Of a DNA stretch of 40,128 nucleotides, positions 37,260 through 40,128 are shown in pieces. This DNA comes from an uncultured Candidatus Peribacteria bacterium (GTDB lineage: Bacteria > Patescibacteriota > Gracilibacteria > UM-FILTER-43-11): the NCBI GenBank assembly GCA_964448005.1, contig CAYUUW010000010.1, forward strand, positions 1 through 40,128. Direction: 5' to 3'. Position numbers and translations under genes: made by a program. Within the stretch, counting starts at the first letter, position 1. The number at the start of each line of letters is the position of its first letter. The notes beneath the pieces were generated by a model. The model had not been told where the DNA came from. It saw nothing but the letters and a program-made list of their open reading frames with translations, and searched no databases.

Positions 37260-38129
37260 ATGAAAAAGCGCACTTTTGCAGCCCTCTTTTTTGCTGCCCT
37301 GTTCCTGGCCGCATGCGACTGGAAAAACCCCTTCTCTTCGGAGGAGGCGACCTCGCCGGAGAGTCCCAATCTGAGCCAAAGCAGTGCGGAGGAGGCGGAT
37401 GCTTCCGGCCTGGAAAAAAGAACCGAGGAGGAAGAGGAAAGAATGGTTGCGGCAGCAGAAGGTAAATTTGGCGCCGAGATACGAAGCCTAGACGGCTTTT
37501 ACTATACGGACGGCAAACAGGTCTATTTTGCCTACAGCAGCATGGGGGCCGATGATGAATTGAGGCTGGTGGATGGGGCGGATGCCGGCACGTTTGAGGT
37601 CATTGAAATGGATGGAGATGATTCCTGGATCCGTTTCGGCAAGGACGCGAACTATGTTTATTCGGATGGGGAAAGAATCGAGGGGGTCAGCGGCGAGGAT
37701 TTTGAGTTTCTCGCCGATCCCAACGGAACTCCGCTTTACGCGAAAGACGCGAACAGCGTTTACATGCTGTACGACGATCTGATGGGCGGCGCAGGAAGCC
37801 TGACCCACTTCATTGAGCTGGAGGAGGCGGACCCGGCCACGTTCGAATTCTTCGATCATGAGAACCGGAACAGCGTGAATGCCCGCTACGCCCACGATGA
37901 CAAGCAGGCCTACTTTGGATCCAAGCTGATCGCAGGCGCGGACGGGGAAACCTTTGAGCATGTCCAGTATTCCGTGGCGAAGGACGGCGAGAATGTTTAT
38001 TTCTTGGGGGAAAAGGTGGAAGGCGCCGATCCGGACAGCATCGAGTACGCCCCTGGATCCTGCGACACCTGCTACAAAGACAAGAACGCCGTGTTCGAAT
38101 GCTTCAACACCTGCAAGATCCGGGAATAG
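37260..38129 (+). CDS. DKNYY-repeat lipoprotein
   Basis: Lipobox FLAAC, then repeats DANYVYSDGERIEG, DANSVYMLYD, DDKQAYFGSKLIAGADGETFE, DGENVYFLGEKVEGADPDSIE and DKNAVFE. Confidence 0.8.
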   Translation: MKKRTFAALFFAALFLAACDWKNPFSSEEATSPESPNLSQSSAEEADASGLEKRTEEEEERMVAAAEGKFGAEIRSLDGFYYTDGKQVYFAYSSMGADDELRLVDGADAGTFEVIEMDGDDSWIRFGKDANYVYSDGERIEGVSGEDFEFLADPNGTPLYAKDANSVYMLYDDLMGGAGSLTHFIELEEADPATFEFFDHENRNSVNARYAHDDKQAYFGSKLIAGADGETFEHVQYSVAKDGENVYFLGEKVEGADPDSIEYAPGSCDTCYKDKNAVFECFNTCKIRE

Positions 38130-38174
38130 CCTTGTTATTCTGAGGCACGACCCGGAGCCCAGGCTCCAATTTCA

Positions 38175-38258
38175 GGACCTCCTCCGGCTCCTCCAAGGGG
38201 GGAGGGTTGCTGTCATTCCGTGCTCCGACCTGCCTGCCGGCAGGCAGGCACGGAATCC
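38175..38258. repeat. Composite repeat (GGACCTCCTCC...GGAGG module plus GTCATTCCGTGC-palindrome-GCACGGAATCC hairpin), left of the ORF6N gene
   Basis: 38210-38248 is 38/39 identical to 39101-39139. The inner perfect palindrome is ctgcctgccggcaggcag. Confidence 0.8.
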
Positions 38259-38273
38259 ATCCAATCTTCTAAG

Positions 38274-38305
38274 CTTGAGGTCGCAATTTGCGACCTCAAG
38301 TTTTT
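38274..38305 (+). terminator. Terminator-like perfect 26-nt palindrome plus T5
   Basis: cttgaggtcgcaa|ttgcgacctcaag followed by ttttt. A near copy occurs inside the ORF6N CDS at 38616-38642. Confidence 0.6.
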
Positions 38306-38397
38306 CTGGCCGAGATAGCCGACTATCTCTTGGTTTTTTTAAAATCACTTGATAAGTAAACTTTTGTTTACTAGAATGAGTAGGAAATTGGAATTTG

Positions 38398-38964
38398 ATG
38401 AATAGCAGCATGAAAAAGGAATCTGTGCCCATGACTATTTTTCCTGAAAAAATTCAGGATTTCATTTATGTCATTCGTGATCAGCGAGTGATTTTGGATA
38501 AAGATCTCGCGAAGCTGTATGGCGTGGAAACCAGGAGGCTGAACGAGCAGGTAAAAAGGAATATCGACCGATTCCCGGAGGATTTTATGTTTCAGCTAAC
38601 AGAGAAGGAGGTTGCTTTAAGATCGCAAATTGCGACCTTAAAGAAAAGGCGTGGTGAACATCGTAAATACTTGCCCTTTGCTTTTACTGAGCATGGTGCC
38701 ATCATGGCCGCCAATTTGCTCAGGAGTCCTCAGGCGATCTCGGTAAGTATTCAGGTTGTCCGTACTTTTATCGAACTCCGCAAATGGACCCAATCCCATC
38801 AGGCGCTTATTGAGGAAGTAGACTCACTCAAAAATTTTGTGCTCAAAAATTCACAAACAAGCAGCCAAGAATTCAGGAAGGTCTGGAGGGCGATCGAGAA
38901 ATTGATGGTTCCTGAACCCAAACCAGAGGAAAGGCGAATTGGATTTAGGCTGGAAGGGGATTGA
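38398..38964 (+). CDS. ORF6N (KilA-N-related) domain DNA-binding protein
   Basis: IRDQRVILDKDLAKLYGVETRRLNEQVKRNIDRFPEDFMFQLTEKE...RKYLPFAFTEHGAIMAANLL. Alternative starts lie at 38395, 38410 and 38431. Confidence 0.8.
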   Translation: MNSSMKKESVPMTIFPEKIQDFIYVIRDQRVILDKDLAKLYGVETRRLNEQVKRNIDRFPEDFMFQLTEKEVALRSQIATLKKRRGEHRKYLPFAFTEHGAIMAANLLRSPQAISVSIQVVRTFIELRKWTQSHQALIEEVDSLKNFVLKNSQTSSQEFRKVWRAIEKLMVPEPKPEERRIGFRLEGD

Positions 38965-38987
38965 GCCAGGAGTATTTCCTAAATTTT

Positions 38988-39186
38988 GGACCTCCTCCCG
39001 GCCTCCTCCAAAGGAGGAGGGGAAATGCAAAATACAGATCCCCCCTGCCCCCCCCTTTCGCAAGGGGGGTGTCGTTGCCAATCACAGGTCTTCTCCCACT
39101 CCGTCATTCCGTGCTCCGACCTGCCTGCCGGCAGGCAGGCTCCTCCAAAGGAGGAGGGGTGCTGTCATTTCGGCGAAAGCATTAAT
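38988..39186. repeat. Composite repeat block right of the ORF6N gene
   Basis: ggacctcctcccggcctcctccaaaggaggagggg lies at 38988-39022, and the hairpin cccccc-tttcgcaa-gggggg at about 39051-39070. ccgtcattccgtgctccgacctgcctgccggcaggcagg lies at 39101-39139, ctcctccaaaggaggagggg at 39140-39159, and gtcatttcggcgaaagc at 39164-39180. Confidence 0.8.
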
Positions 39187-39224
39187 TCAGGTGGTACTAA
39201 GCCACAGACTCATCTAACCCTGAA

Positions 39225-40043
39225 TCAGGGGATATGTCCTGCGGGCAGATCGGCCACAGCTTCTGGGATCAATTCCTCAGCTTCTTTCTCCATTAATTTA
39301 TCAATACGATATATCGCCTTCATGTTTCCTTTGTAATCTTCAATTGCCTTTTTATCCTTGAAATATTTGAAAGAAATTCCTTCATGTTTCCATAGGGCCC
39401 TATGGTAATTTTTCATTAATTTCAAATTGTAGATTTTGGCTTGGAAAATTTCTTTGATTTTTTCTTTTTCCATCGAATCCAGTAAATTTTCTACTATATT
39501 AGAGAACCCAGCTAGATTTTCGGAATGAGATTTTTGTTGATTCATGGGGGGCATTTTTTCCGCAAATGCCTCGTTTCTTCTGAGTAGATTTTCGAATTCA
39601 ACTTTAAACTGTTCGAATGTTCTATTTGCCCATCTAATTGTATGGTCGATAATCAAAATCTTATTGTGTAAGTAATAGCTCCCAAATTTCATTTTCGTTA
39701 ATCCTGTATCGAATTGAATAGTTGTAGTTATTGGAGAGTTGGTGTAATTCAAAACGAACACTCTGGGATCATTGGTTGACTTAACTTCTTCAATTAAGAT
39801 TTTTACCCTTTTTATAAACTCCCTCCATTCTTTTATGGATAAAGAAAGGTCGTTTAGAGTTTGTGAAAAAGCAATTTCTGCTCTTCTTATTGCTTCCTTC
39901 CTATCGTTCCTTCTTTGAAAAAGACCTTTTATAAGAAAGCCTATTGCAGAAAGAGTTATTGCTAAAAATGGACCTAAGGCTGAGCAAATTAGGGTTTGCC
40001 ACCTTTCTATAAAGGCGGTAGTTGTTGTTGATATCGATATCAT
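39225..40043 (-). CDS. Hypothetical N-terminally anchored protein, low GC
   Basis: 272-aa ORF with a TM segment at ~18-40, then K/E-rich helical sequence. No domain recognised. Confidence 0.55.
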   Translation of the reverse strand: MISISTTTTAFIERWQTLICSALGPFLAITLSAIGFLIKGLFQRRNDRKEAIRRAEIAFSQTLNDLSLSIKEWREFIKRVKILIEEVKSTNDPRVFVLNYTNSPITTTIQFDTGLTKMKFGSYYLHNKILIIDHTIRWANRTFEQFKVEFENLLRRNEAFAEKMPPMNQQKSHSENLAGFSNIVENLLDSMEKEKIKEIFQAKIYNLKLMKNYHRALWKHEGISFKYFKDKKAIEDYKGNMKAIYRIDKLMEKEAEELIPEAVADLPAGHIP

Positions 40044-40071
40044 TCTTACTTTTTGAATATTTAAACCAAAA

Positions 40072-40095
40072 CCCCGCCATGAGGCGGGGTTTTTT
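40072..40095. terminator. Bidirectional terminator hairpin
   Basis: ccccgcc atga ggcgggg, flanked by aaaa on one side and tttttt on the other. Confidence 0.7.
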
Positions 40096-40109
40096 CGATT
40101 CCGATCTGC

Positions 40110-40128
40110 CTACATCATCCCTCCCATG
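40110..40128 (-). CDS. Last 5 codons of a gene entering from the right edge (...MGGMM*), a tail typical of GroEL
   Basis: The reverse complement of the window end reads atg gga ggg atg atg tag. A terminator follows on the minus strand. Only 5 codons are visible, so the identification is weak. Confidence 0.3.

Noticed and set aside
33003-40043. Integron-like cassette array with attC sites
   Set aside because: There is no intI gene, gene orientations are mixed, and the flanking hairpins lack the R''-L''/L'-R' organisation and GTTRRRY core of attC sites.

Overview
The window is mostly GC-rich coding DNA, with short spacers that are AT-rich or filled with repeats. Single housekeeping genes are scattered among lineage-specific hypothetical proteins. 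The housekeeping set is ftsH (partial), serS, a Dus-family gene, trmD, a DEAD-box helicase, a KsgA-like methyltransferase, gyrB, secF, tRNA-Arg, tRNA-Ala, rfbA and gatB. Other recognisable genes are a mazEF-like toxin-antitoxin pair, an O-antigen-ligase-like protein, a GT4 glycosyltransferase, a SOUL protein, an AI-2E transporter and a T4SS-pilin-like protein. The gene content and the near absence of Shine-Dalgarno sequences suggest a small-genome uncultured bacterium, possibly CPR/Patescibacteria-like; this is inference only. From about 33.0 kb to the right edge the window becomes accessory. This part holds a low-GC RhuM-Fic/Doc gene, a 3-TM protein, a GIY-YIG gene, a BspA-type LRR surface protein, a DKNYY lipoprotein, an ORF6N gene and a low-GC hypothetical. 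The most interesting signals are not ordinary ORFs: (1) The RhuM-Fic/Doc gene is bracketed by a diverged, in-phase duplicate of the last 16 codons of gatB, which is an insertion scar with no recombinase nearby. (2) The GIY-YIG gene is tightly bracketed by inverted copies of a GTCATTCCG...CGGAATCCA hairpin element. It sits in a pile-up of related hairpins, and solo copies of the same family occur in at least seven other spacers. (3) ftsH, serS and gatB share a nearly G-free ATAATCCCAMCCMA motif that abuts the ATG, embedded in 9-nt periodic leader repeats. (4) A degenerate tandem duplication of tRNA-Arg carries hairpin insertions. (5) An orphan promoter-plus-terminator unit could encode an RNA of about 240 nt. 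(6) A perfect 30-nt palindrome lies in frame inside the KsgA-like gene. No CRISPR array, rRNA, transposase or integrase was seen. All functional calls rest on motif recognition by eye and need database confirmation.
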